A stretch of 64,000 nt of DNA, from contig JBJFGS010000024.1 in the NCBI GenBank assembly GCA_051892935.1, forward strand, positions 87,181 through 151,180. The letters run 5' to 3'. Positions 32,557 to 42,992 of the stretch are shown piece after piece (the stretch's first letter is position 1; every line of letters begins with the position of its first letter). A program made the translations under genes and the position numbers. The notes below the pieces were generated by a model, which was not told the origin of the DNA, made no database searches, and saw only the letters and a list, made by a program, of their open reading frames with translations. The DNA comes from Candidatus Coprovivens sp. (lineage in GTDB: Bacteria; Bacillota_I; Bacilli_A; RF39; UBA660).

Positions 32557-33317
32557 ATTTCTATCAATTCACTTCTTTCTCTTTGTTTAGCACATTTTAT
32601 ATCAGTAAATTGTATTTCATATTCTTCAAATATTTCTTTTATTGTTGAAAGTGCTTTTTCTTCAGTATTATTTTGATGTGATAAGTGAGTCAGTAATATT
32701 TTTTTTGTTTTGGGACCAATTATTTTAGCTAAGTATATTGAACTATCTTTATTAGATAAGTGACCATATGGTCCCATTACTCTATCTTTTAACCATTTAG
32801 GATATGGTCCATTAAGGAGCATTTCAATATCATGGTTGCTTTCGAATAGGTAGACATCAAGATTTTCAATTTTTTTGAAGTATTTTGTATTGATGAATCC
32901 TGTATCAGTCATATATACCATTGATTTACCATCACTTCTTATTATAAAGCTTCGTGAATCTGATGTGTCATGTGAGGTTTTTATAATTTCTACTATTGCA
33001 TCATCTAATACTACAAAATCATCATATAACATTATTTTATCATAGTATCTTAGATATTCTAATTCTGAGAACATTTTGGGACTTACACATACTGTTGGAT
33101 TATATTTTTTTATTAAAGTTTTTAAGGCTTTTGTGTGATCGTCATGAATATGAGTTATAAATATATAGTCTATATCTTCTAAGCATACAGAAAGCTCAGA
33201 AAGCTTTTCTTTTATGTATTTTACGTTCATTCCAATATCTAGTAGTATTTTATGTTTTTCGGTTTCTACGTAAGTTACATTTCCCTCTGAGCCACTTGCT
33301 AAATTACAAATCTTCAT
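32553..33317 (-). CDS. walJ: WalJ/YycJ MBL-fold exonuclease
   Basis: LASGSEGN, THIHDDH, TDTG, ESNHD, GHLSN, HLS. Confidence 0.88.
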   Translation of the reverse strand: MKICNLASGSEGNVTYVETEKHKILLDIGMNVKYIKEKLSELSVCLEDIDYIFITHIHDDHTKALKTLIKKYNPTVCVSPKMFSELEYLRYYDKIMLYDDFVVLDDAIVEIIKTSHDTSDSRSFIIRSDGKSMVYMTDTGFINTKYFKKIENLDVYLFESNHDIEMLLNGPYPKWLKDRVMGPYGHLSNKDSSIYLAKIIGPKTKKILLTHLSHQNNTEEKALSTIKEIFEEYEIQFTDIKCAKQRERSELIEI

Positions 33318-33318
33318 T

Positions 33319-34821
33319 TTAACTCCATAGTTTACGAGGATCTATTGATTTTCCACCATAATATGGAGGACCTCCATAGAATACTCCAAAGTGTAAGTGA
33401 GTTCCTGTTGCGACTCCTGATTTCCCCATTGCCGCTATTTTTTGTCTTCTTGTTACCATTTCTCCTTTTTTTACATATAGTTTAGAACAATGGGCATATA
33501 CTGTATAGTAACCATTAGAGTGTTTAATTACAACATTGTATCCGGCACTATTTCCTACTATTCCTCCCCATTGTGCTTGTATAACTTCACCATCAAGTGA
33601 TGCATATATTGGGGAACCATATCCTGTTCCTGAAATATCCATACCATCATGTAATGTTCCCCAACGATAACCGTAATTTGAAGTTATTACGTAAGGAGAG
33701 TTAGTTGGCCATGCCCAAGCTGCACCTGTGTCTATATATTCCCCCATTTGACCATCGCCAGTAAATCTAATTTTTGTTCCAACTACAGTGATTTCATTTT
33801 GGACAGCTCTTATTACTTGGGCGGTTCCAACTTGGTAAGCTCCAGCCATTTGTTCACCATTTACAAACTGAACCCTTGATGCAATTCGGTTTATACCATT
33901 TATACCAACTTGAGTAACTTTTTTATAATTATTATATTTTGTTGTATCTTTTTGAATTTCTTTTTCATATTGTTGTTCAACATCTTCTACAACGTACTCT
34001 TCATATACTAATGATAGTATTGGGTCGATTAAGGCTACGTTTACTTTTTGGCCAATTGCAAGTAAGGTGTCTTCGCTTTCAATATTGTCATTAGCAATTA
34101 GCAATTCACTTACGTTAAGTTGATTGGCTAAAGCAATATTTTCTATTGTGTCACCTTGTTTTACTGTATACTCTTTTAGAGAAATATTTTCACCAAATAG
34201 TAAGTATTTTGTTAAATCATTTGCATCTGTATAAATCTTTTCATCTACACTAATAAATGACTCTTTAATAGATATTTTCTCTTTGAAATTCATTGTTTCA
34301 ATTATGTATCCGGTATCTACTATTTCTGGTTGTTCTCCTGCTATATATTGCTGATATCTTTCTTTACCGATGAATGTAGTTATTACATTATATACTGCTT
34401 CTTCAAATAATTTATCATCTAAAACATATAAATATATTGGTTCGGCTCCTTCTAAATCACTTTTTATTGTTATTGTATAACCTTTAATAGTAAATTGTTT
34501 TTGATCTTTTATTTCATCGTATACTTTTTCTACTGTGGTGATATTTTCATCATATGTGTTTTTTTGAATTATTTTAAACCCTTTTGGTGGATATACTTGT
34601 TCTACTTTATATTCATCTTTTATTTCTACTTGTTCTTTATTTATTAGAGAATATAAATCTTCTTTCGAATCTATTAATCCTATTTTTTCACCATCTAAAT
34701 ATACTTGATATGTAGATATTGGTTCTTCTGTTTCTTCCATATTAGCAAAACTAAAACCTAATAGAATTGTTGATAATATTGTCAATAGAGAACATATTAT
34801 TAATCCTTTATATTTATTCAT
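33319..34821 (-). CDS. LysM-G5-M23 peptidoglycan endopeptidase
   Basis: LysM YTVKQGDT; G5-like segment; M23 motifs HDGMD, YAH, HLHF. Confidence 0.9.
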   Translation of the reverse strand: MNKYKGLIICSLLTILSTILLGFSFANMEETEEPISTYQVYLDGEKIGLIDSKEDLYSLINKEQVEIKDEYKVEQVYPPKGFKIIQKNTYDENITTVEKVYDEIKDQKQFTIKGYTITIKSDLEGAEPIYLYVLDDKLFEEAVYNVITTFIGKERYQQYIAGEQPEIVDTGYIIETMNFKEKISIKESFISVDEKIYTDANDLTKYLLFGENISLKEYTVKQGDTIENIALANQLNVSELLIANDNIESEDTLLAIGQKVNVALIDPILSLVYEEYVVEDVEQQYEKEIQKDTTKYNNYKKVTQVGINGINRIASRVQFVNGEQMAGAYQVGTAQVIRAVQNEITVVGTKIRFTGDGQMGEYIDTGAAWAWPTNSPYVITSNYGYRWGTLHDGMDISGTGYGSPIYASLDGEVIQAQWGGIVGNSAGYNVVIKHSNGYYTVYAHCSKLYVKKGEMVTRRQKIAAMGKSGVATGTHLHFGVFYGGPPYYGGKSIDPRKLWS

Positions 34822-36175
34822 TTTCTAAACCATCCGTTTCTGTAGCTAAGTAGTTGGCAAAGTGACTAAAGTTAAGTTCAAATAAAAGTGAGAACTTTCC
34901 TGTAGATCCTTTACGATGTTTAGCTATTATAATATCTGCTGGTACGTTTTTTGATGTGTCTAATTGTTCTTTTGCTTTGTAGTAATCGCTTCGGTTGATA
35001 AATAGTACCATATCGGCATCTTGTTCAATTGAGCCTGATTCACGTAAATCTGCTAGCATTGGTTGGTTGTTTTCTCTTTTTTCAGCACTACGTGATAATT
35101 GAGCTAAAGCAATTACTGGTACTTTTAGTTCCATGGCCATTGTTTTTAATGATCTTGAAATATCTGATACTTCTTGTTGACGTGATTCTGGTCTTTTTCC
35201 ACCACTTGTTACTAATTGGAGGTAGTCTATTATTACTAGTCCTAGTCCTTCTTCTTTGTTAGCTAGATTACGACATTTTGCTTTTATTTCAGAAGCTGTA
35301 ATACCAGCATCATCTACTATTTGAATGTTTGTTTCAGCAAGCTGACTATTGGCTTCATTTATTCGTTTCCAGTCATCGTGATTCATGTTACCAGTTTGAA
35401 TTTTGTATGAATCTATTCTACCGACTGCTGAACGCATTCTATTTACTAGTTGTTCTGCTGGCATTTCTAAGTTAAATATAGCAACAGCTTTTTTGGTATT
35501 TTGAGCAGCATATGTTGCAATATTTAATGCAAAAGCTGTTTTTCCCATACCTGGACGAGCTGCGACAATTATCATTTCGCCGGGATGTAGGCCGGCTGTA
35601 GCTTTATCTAAATCATAAAATCCTGTTGGTAATCCTGTTATATCTGATTTATTTTGAGATAATTTTTCTAAATTTTCTTGAGCAACTGCTATAGCATCTT
35701 TTATATGTATAAAGTCGCTTGTTTGACGTTCTTTAACCACGTTAAGAATTTTCTTTTCAGCTTCATCAAGAACGTGAGTTATATCTTCATCTTCTTCATA
35801 AGCATTCGTTACAATATCAGTTGCGGTATCAATTAAGTTTCTTATTACTGATTTATCTTTTACTATTTTGATATAGTATTCTAAGTTGGCAGCTGTTGCT
35901 ACTGAATCTATTACTTCGCTAATATAATCGATGCCACCTATTGCAGATAAATCTTTTTTCTTATCTAGTTCTTCTTTAACAGTTGTGATATCTACCGGTA
36001 TTTTTTCGTCATAACAACGTTTTATAGCCTCAAATAGTTTACGATTTGCTTCGCTATAAAACATATCTGAGTATAGTTCTTCGCATATTTTAGTTAGAGC
36101 ATTTTTATTTAAAAAAGCACAACCTAAAACACTCATTTCAGCTTCAATGTTTTGAGGCATTTTTCTTACGGGCAT
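34814..36175 (-). CDS. dnaB: Replicative DNA helicase
   Basis: AARPGMGKT, IDYLQL, QLSR, DLRESGSIEQDAD. Confidence 0.98.
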   Translation of the reverse strand: MPVRKMPQNIEAEMSVLGCAFLNKNALTKICEELYSDMFYSEANRKLFEAIKRCYDEKIPVDITTVKEELDKKKDLSAIGGIDYISEVIDSVATAANLEYYIKIVKDKSVIRNLIDTATDIVTNAYEEDEDITHVLDEAEKKILNVVKERQTSDFIHIKDAIAVAQENLEKLSQNKSDITGLPTGFYDLDKATAGLHPGEMIIVAARPGMGKTAFALNIATYAAQNTKKAVAIFNLEMPAEQLVNRMRSAVGRIDSYKIQTGNMNHDDWKRINEANSQLAETNIQIVDDAGITASEIKAKCRNLANKEEGLGLVIIDYLQLVTSGGKRPESRQQEVSDISRSLKTMAMELKVPVIALAQLSRSAEKRENNQPMLADLRESGSIEQDADMVLFINRSDYYKAKEQLDTSKNVPADIIIAKHRKGSTGKFSLLFELNFSHFANYLATETDGLENE

Positions 36176-36208
36176 TCTATCACCTACTTCCAGTAATTAT
36201 TTAATCGT

Positions 36209-36649
36209 TTATTTTTTTAGTGTTACTCTTACTTCTGCTTTTACTTTCTTATGTAATTCTATTGTTACATTGTGTGTTCCTAAACAATCTAGAGCGTGAT
36301 CTAAGCAGATTTTCTTTTTATCTATATTGAATCCTTTTTTCTTTAGTTCTTCACATATTTGTTTTGAAGATACAGTACCAAATACTTTGTCTTGTTCTCC
36401 TGTTTTAACTTTTATTGCTATTTCGATATCTTTTAGTTTTTCAGCTATTTCTTTACATTCTTCAACAAAAGCAGCTTCGGCAGCTTTTCTTTTATCAAGT
36501 TCTCTATCTAGAGCTTTAGTGTTGGTTGATGTAGCTGGTACTGCAAGTCCATTTTTGATTAAAAAGTTTCTTGCATAGCCATCGCTAACATTGATAATTT
36601 GATCTTTTTTACCTTGTTTTTTTACATCTTGTAATAAAATAACCTTCAT
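36209..36649 (-). CDS. rplI: 50S ribosomal protein L9
   Basis: [22 protein letters not shown]. Confidence 0.97.
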   Translation of the reverse strand: MKVILLQDVKKQGKKDQIINVSDGYARNFLIKNGLAVPATSTNTKALDRELDKRKAAEAAFVEECKEIAEKLKDIEIAIKVKTGEQDKVFGTVSSKQICEELKKKGFNIDKKKICLDHALDCLGTHNVTIELHKKVKAEVRVTLKK

Positions 36650-36950
36650 AGATTTCACTCCTTTTTAATAGATTTCTGTCTTTAATTATATCAAATAATA
36701 GAGAAATAATAAATAGTTAGGGATTTTTCTTTCTTTGGTGTGTTATTATACTATGAAATAGAATAAAAATAAATGCGTTTTCTAAAATAACAAAAAGATT
36801 ATAAACATTATGTCTATAATCTTTTGTATGATCGAATATTTGATTATTCTTTTATTGCTATATCTATTTTGATACTTGTTGGTAAAATAATCTTATATTT
36901 TGTAGTCTACTTTATTATCTATGAGATATAAGTAAATTATTTAATAATAT

Positions 36951-38216
36951 TTATTTGTATCTTCGCTCTATATACGATACTATATCTTTTTCTGTATTTT
37001 CGACGTTTTGTTTTAATATTTGTTTTATCACATCATCTATAATAATTTTTAATTTTTTTCTTCGTATTCCTAATTGATTAATTTTTTCTATGTTAATTTG
37101 AAGATTTTCTGTTACCATAATATATCCAAGATATATCTTTTCAAGATTTTCTAATTCTTCTAATACAGTAAGTGCTAAATATGGGTTTTGTCCTTTATTA
37201 TCAGCTTTTTTTAATTCAAATAGTAGCTTTGTAAAATCAATTCCGTTTTCTTTAATAAATTGACATATTTTTTCTGGTTCTCTACTCAGTGTCATATCAT
37301 GTTTTTCAATTAGTTGTCTAACTATTTTTTTTGTTTTATTATCCATTTTTAATCTTGATGAAATATTATCAAATATTTGAGCACTTACTTCTTGATGACC
37401 ATAAAAGTGTCCTTTACCATCTTCTCCTATAAAGAATGTTTTGGGTTTTCCGATATCATGAAAAAGTGCTGCAAATCTTACAAAGATGTTCTTAGGTGTA
37501 TTTTCCAATACTACCAAGGTGTGTTCTAGTACATCGTATATATGCCAAGGATTCTGTTGTTCAAAGCCTTGTAATGGTTTTAGTTCAGGTAGTATTTGAA
37601 AAAATATATTAATATTATCTCTTATGTATTTTGCTGGATTATCTGTAATAAGAATTTGAATTAATTCTCTATAGATTCTTTCGGCAGCGACACTTTCTAA
37701 TAAATTTTTATTTTTTAACATTTCTTTTTGACAATTTTCATCTATAGAAAAATTCATTCTAGCAGCAATTCGAATAGCTCTTAGAATTCTTAATGGATCT
37801 ATTATAAAAGCTTCGCCAGTTTGTCTTATCAATGACATTTCTTTCTTGTTTAATGATTCTATTCCATTAAAAGGATCTATTATTCGACCATCCTTATCCA
37901 TTGCTATTGCATTTATTGTAAAGTCTCTATTACTTAAATCTTCTAATAATGAAGCACCTTTAAATTCTGATATCTCAATTTCTAAGTTGTTTAATCTCAT
38001 AACTCCAGTATTTCTATTATTATTTGGTTTCATTAGATGAAAATTTGGATATAAAGTTTTTATTTCTGTTAAAGGCATATTAGTGCATATATCAAAATCT
38101 TTGTTTTCTTTACCTAATAGAGAATCTCTTACTGCTCCACCTACTAAGTAAGCTTCATAACCTTTTTTATTTATTTCTTTTAATATATCTATTATACTTT
38201 CGGATACATTAATCAT
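36951..38216 (-). CDS. Class II CCA/poly(A) nucleotidyltransferase family protein with HD domain; flexible loop deleted
   Basis: VGGAVRD..LG....DFD, RDFTINA, DPLR, ERI..E, H.YDVLEH, LFHDIGK. Confidence 0.85.
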   Translation of the reverse strand: MINVSESIIDILKEINKKGYEAYLVGGAVRDSLLGKENKDFDICTNMPLTEIKTLYPNFHLMKPNNNRNTGVMRLNNLEIEISEFKGASLLEDLSNRDFTINAIAMDKDGRIIDPFNGIESLNKKEMSLIRQTGEAFIIDPLRILRAIRIAARMNFSIDENCQKEMLKNKNLLESVAAERIYRELIQILITDNPAKYIRDNINIFFQILPELKPLQGFEQQNPWHIYDVLEHTLVVLENTPKNIFVRFAALFHDIGKPKTFFIGEDGKGHFYGHQEVSAQIFDNISSRLKMDNKTKKIVRQLIEKHDMTLSREPEKICQFIKENGIDFTKLLFELKKADNKGQNPYLALTVLEELENLEKIYLGYIMVTENLQINIEKINQLGIRRKKLKIIIDDVIKQILKQNVENTEKDIVSYIERRYK

Positions 38217-38400
38217 AGAATCACCTATTTTTATTATATTATAAATCATATTTTACTTAAACTTTATTTACTATTACTTAACAACTAAAAACTTAATAAT
38301 TAATCATTGTTTATAAAATATGTTACTATATAAAATACACAAATAAAAATTGTAATATCTTACTATTTTAGTGTGATATAATTTTAATGAAGGTGATATT

Positions 38401-39738
38401 ATGTTAAAAAACAAGAAAGTCTTTATTCTTGGTATGGCAAGAAGTGGATTTGAAGCTGCTAAAATACTGGCTCCAGATAATACAGTACTAGTTACTGATA
38501 TGAATGAACAAGATTCTGAACAAGTTAAAATACTTGAAGATATGGGAGTCAAGATTGAAATAACTAAAGATCCAATATCTCTACTTGATGATACTTATGA
38601 TGTAATGGTTAAGAATCCTGGTATTAAGTATAATCATCCTGCTGTTGTTAAAGCTAAAGAGTTAGGAATAGATGTAATAAACGAAGTTGAACTTGCTTAT
38701 GGATATATGAATAAAGATGTAAATATAATTGGTGTTACTGGTTCTAATGGTAAGACTACTACTGTTACATTAATATACAATATAATGAAAGAAGCTGGAT
38801 TACCTGTATACCTTGGCGGTAATATAGGAACTCCATTATGTAACTTTGTTAAAGATATTAAAGAAAATGAATACTTGGTTATGGAGATATCTGACCATCA
38901 ACTATGTGATATGTATGATTTTAAGACTAATGTAAGTGTTTTAACTAATATATATGAAGTACATACTGATTTTCATGATTCACATGAAAAATATGTTAGA
39001 ACTAAAAAGAAGATATTTAATAATCATACTGAAAAAGATATTGCTATTATAAATTTTGATAATAAAGAAGCTGTTGATATTTCAAAAGATATCAACAGTA
39101 CTAAGTATTACTTTTCTAAAGAAAGTAAACAGAATGTTTATTTAGAAAATAATGCTATATATTATAGAGATAATAAAGTAATAGATTGTAGTGAAATCAA
39201 ATTAAAAGGTTTACATAATTATGAAAATATTATGGCAGCTATAAGTGCTGTTAAAGTATATGGAGTAGATAACGAAAGTATTTGTAAAGTACTTAAAACA
39301 TTTGGTGGTGTAGAACATAGAATTGAGTATGTTACCACAATAGATGGTGTTTCTTATTATAATGATAGTAAAGCTACTAATTGTGAATCTACAAAGATAG
39401 CATTAAAATCTTTTAATCAACCTACACTATTAATCTTAGGTGGATTAGATAGAGGGCATTCTTTTGATGATTTAACTCCTTGTATGGGAAATGTTACTTA
39501 TGTAGCTTGTTATGGGGAGACTAAAGCAAGAATAAAAGAATACTGTGATAAAATTGGTAAAGATTGTGGTGTGTTTGATAACTTAGTTAGTGCAACTACT
39601 GCTTGTTATGAAAAAGCTCAAAAAGGTGATGTTGTACTACTTAGTCCTGCATGTGCTTCATGGGATCAATATAAAGCATTTGAAGACCGTGGTAATGAAT
39701 TTAAATCTACTGTAAATAGTTTTAAGGGGGATAAATAA
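38401..39738 (+). CDS. murD: UDP-MurNAc-L-Ala:D-Glu ligase
   Basis: GVTGSNGKTT, GGNIG, HRIE, YNDSKATN, LSPACASWD. Confidence 0.97.
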   Translation: MLKNKKVFILGMARSGFEAAKILAPDNTVLVTDMNEQDSEQVKILEDMGVKIEITKDPISLLDDTYDVMVKNPGIKYNHPAVVKAKELGIDVINEVELAYGYMNKDVNIIGVTGSNGKTTTVTLIYNIMKEAGLPVYLGGNIGTPLCNFVKDIKENEYLVMEISDHQLCDMYDFKTNVSVLTNIYEVHTDFHDSHEKYVRTKKKIFNNHTEKDIAIINFDNKEAVDISKDINSTKYYFSKESKQNVYLENNAIYYRDNKVIDCSEIKLKGLHNYENIMAAISAVKVYGVDNESICKVLKTFGGVEHRIEYVTTIDGVSYYNDSKATNCESTKIALKSFNQPTLLILGGLDRGHSFDDLTPCMGNVTYVACYGETKARIKEYCDKIGKDCGVFDNLVSATTACYEKAQKGDVVLLSPACASWDQYKAFEDRGNEFKSTVNSFKGDK

Positions 39739-41117
39739 TGGCTCTTGATATAAAAAAGTATAAACGTATATATATGGTTGGTATTGGTGGTATCAGTATG
39801 AGTGGTATTGCCTTAATACTAAAAAGATGGAATTATGAAGTAAGTGGTAGTGATGGAGTTTCTTCTCATCAAACCGAATGGCTTATTAATAATGGAATAC
39901 ATGTTAATATTGGGCAAGTTAGTGAAAATATTACTGAAGATATAGATTTGGTTATTTATACAGCTGCTATTAAGCTAGATAATCCTGAATTAGTAAGAGC
40001 TAGGGATTTAGGTATTCCTATTATTGAACGTGGTGAATTCTTAGGAGAAATTACAAAGTTATTTAAAGATACTATTGGTGTTGCTGGTACTCATGGTAAG
40101 ACTAGTACAACAAGTATGGTAACTTGTTCATTTATTGAAGCTGGTTTAGATCCTTCTATACAAGTTGGAGCTAATTTACAAATATTAGATAATACTAATT
40201 ATAGAGTTGGTAATAGTGACTACTTTATAATAGAAGCTTGTGAGTATTGTGAAAGTTATTTAAACTTTCATCAGAAGAGTGCTATAGTTTTAAATATTGA
40301 TGATGATCATTTAGATTATTTTGGTAATATTGATAATATTGAAAAGAGTTTTCAAAAGTATGTTTCTTTACTTCCTGAAGATGGTTATTTAGTATTAAAT
40401 AGAGATGATGATAGATGTTATAATTTAAGAAATTGTAGTAAAGCTAAGGTTATTACTGTAGGTTCTACTAATGAAGCTGATTGGCATTATGATAATGTTA
40501 CATTTGATGATGATGGATATCCAACATATGATGTGTATAAGTTAGATGAATTTAAGGGAAAAATTACTTTAAAAGTTACAGGTATACATAATGTTTTTAA
40601 TAGTTTATGTTGTGTTGCTTTATGTGATGCTTATGGAATAGATGTAGAAATAGTTGCTAAAGCTTTATTAAAATTTACAGGAGCATCTAGAAGATTAGAA
40701 TATAAGTGCATGTTAAATGGAGCTAAAGTATATGATGATTATGGACATCATCCTACTGAGATAATGGCTACTATAAAAGGAATAAAAAATAAAAAATATA
40801 ATGAGTCTTGGGTTGTTTTTGAAGCTCATACTTATAGTAGATTAAAAGAACACTTACATGAATTTGCTCTTGCTTTAGAACATTTTGATCATATTATTAT
40901 AATTGATATATATGCCGCTAGAGAAGTAAATACTTATAATATAAGTGAACAAGATTTAATTGATGAGTTGAATAAGCTTGGTAAAGAAGCTATCCATATA
41001 AGTAAACATGATGAAGTTATCAAGTACTTACAAGATAATGTTAATGATGGGGATATTGTTTTAACTCTTGGTGCTGGTAATGTTACGAAGATAGCTAATA
41101 AGTTAATGGAACTATAG
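39738..41117 (+). CDS. murC: UDP-MurNAc:L-Ala ligase
   Basis: GIGGISMSG, AGTHGKTST, EACEY, DHLD, DDYGHHP. Confidence 0.97.
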   Translation: MALDIKKYKRIYMVGIGGISMSGIALILKRWNYEVSGSDGVSSHQTEWLINNGIHVNIGQVSENITEDIDLVIYTAAIKLDNPELVRARDLGIPIIERGEFLGEITKLFKDTIGVAGTHGKTSTTSMVTCSFIEAGLDPSIQVGANLQILDNTNYRVGNSDYFIIEACEYCESYLNFHQKSAIVLNIDDDHLDYFGNIDNIEKSFQKYVSLLPEDGYLVLNRDDDRCYNLRNCSKAKVITVGSTNEADWHYDNVTFDDDGYPTYDVYKLDEFKGKITLKVTGIHNVFNSLCCVALCDAYGIDVEIVAKALLKFTGASRRLEYKCMLNGAKVYDDYGHHPTEIMATIKGIKNKKYNESWVVFEAHTYSRLKEHLHEFALALEHFDHIIIIDIYAAREVNTYNISEQDLIDELNKLGKEAIHISKHDEVIKYLQDNVNDGDIVLTLGAGNVTKIANKLMEL

Positions 41118-41130
41118 TAGGAGAGATTTT

Positions 41131-41904
41131 ATGATATTTGCTTTCGGATGTACTAAATCATGGTATAAGTATTTAGTAATAAGTTTATTCTCATTATTAA
41201 GAACTAATAAGAATACAAAGAAAATATATTTGTTATTAGAAACAAATAATATAGATGATGTACCTAATTTAAGATACCTAGTAAATAAATATGGTTATGT
41301 TGAATTTGTACTTATAAATTTTAAAAAGGAAAGAAATAAATATGTAACTAAAGATAATCCTAATGTAGATACTGTTTATACTGACTTTGCTTTTTGTAAG
41401 CTAGTACTTGCTGATTATGTTAAGGAAGATAGAGTAATATATCTCGATACTGATGCAATTGTTACTAAAGATATAACACGCTTATGGGAATGGGATATAG
41501 ATGATTATTATGTTGCGGGATGTAAAGATTTAGGAGTAATAAATTCATCTTACTTTAAAAAATTGAATATAGATAATAAATACATTAATACCGGAATGAT
41601 GCTTCTTAATTTAAATAAAATAAGAGAAGATAATATTATTCCTGAAATATTTAAGATATTGAATGAGAGGGAACTATTATATCCAGATCAAGATGCATTT
41701 AATCTTGTATGTACTAAAAAAACAACATATGTTCCTTCAATATATAATCATGCATATTGTATTACTAAACAAGCTGGTAATATTGACTCTGTTAAAATAT
41801 GGCATTTTGCTGGGCCGAAAGAACAATGGGTTGTTGAATTACCATATTCAGAAATTTGGTATGATATTGAAGAAGAATTCTACTTTGAATTAAAAAATCA
41901 ATAG
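41131..41904 (+). CDS. Glycosyltransferase family 8
   Basis: YLDTD (DxD), YINTGMMLLNL, DQDAFN, HFAG.K.W. Confidence 0.9.
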   Translation: MIFAFGCTKSWYKYLVISLFSLLRTNKNTKKIYLLLETNNIDDVPNLRYLVNKYGYVEFVLINFKKERNKYVTKDNPNVDTVYTDFAFCKLVLADYVKEDRVIYLDTDAIVTKDITRLWEWDIDDYYVAGCKDLGVINSSYFKKLNIDNKYINTGMMLLNLNKIREDNIIPEIFKILNERELLYPDQDAFNLVCTKKTTYVPSIYNHAYCITKQAGNIDSVKIWHFAGPKEQWVVELPYSEIWYDIEEEFYFELKNQ

Positions 41905-41905
41905 A

Positions 41906-42853
41906 TTATAGAAGTCTATTGATTTTTTCTTTAAATTCAGAAAAAGTTATTATACTATTCTTTACTTTTTCATTATTTTTAAACTCTTCTAAATTAAGAG
42001 CTTCTTGTTCATAAGTATCTGCTATATCTTGATATTTTAGATATTTTAAATACAATGGTATGCTCCATTTTATTATTTTAGATACATCGTATTCATTATA
42101 TAAATCTAAATAAGAATTATACATAACTGATAAGCCACTAATAGATTTTATAGCTAATGATTTTTCTGATACATTTCTTTTTTCTGCTTCTTCTATTGCC
42201 CAGTTAATATTGTAAGCATACCATTCTAGACCTGTAAATTTATATAATCGTTTATCTTTTCTTGTAATAGATTCTGAATTTTCTGAATAAACATATGTTA
42301 TTTTATTAAGAAATACTAATATAGGATTTAATAAAAATATTAAACTATTAAATCCATTATCTTCGTTAGCTCTTGTATTGTTAAATCTAATATTGTATTT
42401 ACATAAAAAAGAACGGCGGTATATTTTTCCATGTAACCAAACAGGATTATGTTCTTTTACTACGCGAGTATTATCTCTTTCATATATAAAATTAGAAATT
42501 ACTAAGTCTGCGTTACTTTTTTCTATTTCATTATATAAATCACATAAAGATGTTTCGTTTTCAAAATAATCATCAGAATCAATAAATACTATATATTTAC
42601 TTTCAGTATTATCTATTCCGTATTGTCTAGCTCCACCTGGACCTATGTTCTCTTTAGTTATTATTTCATCTATATTTATAGAACCTTTATATTTGTTAAT
42701 AATATCTACATAGTTAGAACCAAAATCATTAACTATTGTTATATGATATATAGGTAAATTCTTTTGATATTTTATACTATCTAGAGTTTTTATAATAGTA
42801 GAATGTGCATTATAAGCAGGAATAATTATTTCTAATTCATTCATATACATCAT
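41906..42853 (-). CDS. Glycosyltransferase family 2
   Basis: IIIPAYN, VND, GPGGAR, FIDSDD, NED. Confidence 0.9.
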   Translation of the reverse strand: MMYMNELEIIIPAYNAHSTIIKTLDSIKYQKNLPIYHITIVNDFGSNYVDIINKYKGSINIDEIITKENIGPGGARQYGIDNTESKYIVFIDSDDYFENETSLCDLYNEIEKSNADLVISNFIYERDNTRVVKEHNPVWLHGKIYRRSFLCKYNIRFNNTRANEDNGFNSLIFLLNPILVFLNKITYVYSENSESITRKDKRLYKFTGLEWYAYNINWAIEEAEKRNVSEKSLAIKSISGLSVMYNSYLDLYNEYDVSKIIKWSIPLYLKYLKYQDIADTYEQEALNLEEFKNNEKVKNSIITFSEFKEKINRLL

Positions 42854-42992
42854 CTTTCTGTTAATATTATATAAAACTATTATATTTTTTTCTATTAATT
42901 ATAGCGATAAATACTTTACATATATAGTGATTTTGATTATTTAAGAATATTTATTAATGATATAATTATCTTAGAATACGGAGGATTATTAT

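Noticed and set aside
36660-36950. 290-bp AT-rich gap between rplI and the CCA-family gene, a possible gdpP remnant or sRNA
   Set aside because: No recognisable coding remnant; explained by a terminator hairpin (about 36792-36824) and promoter-like elements
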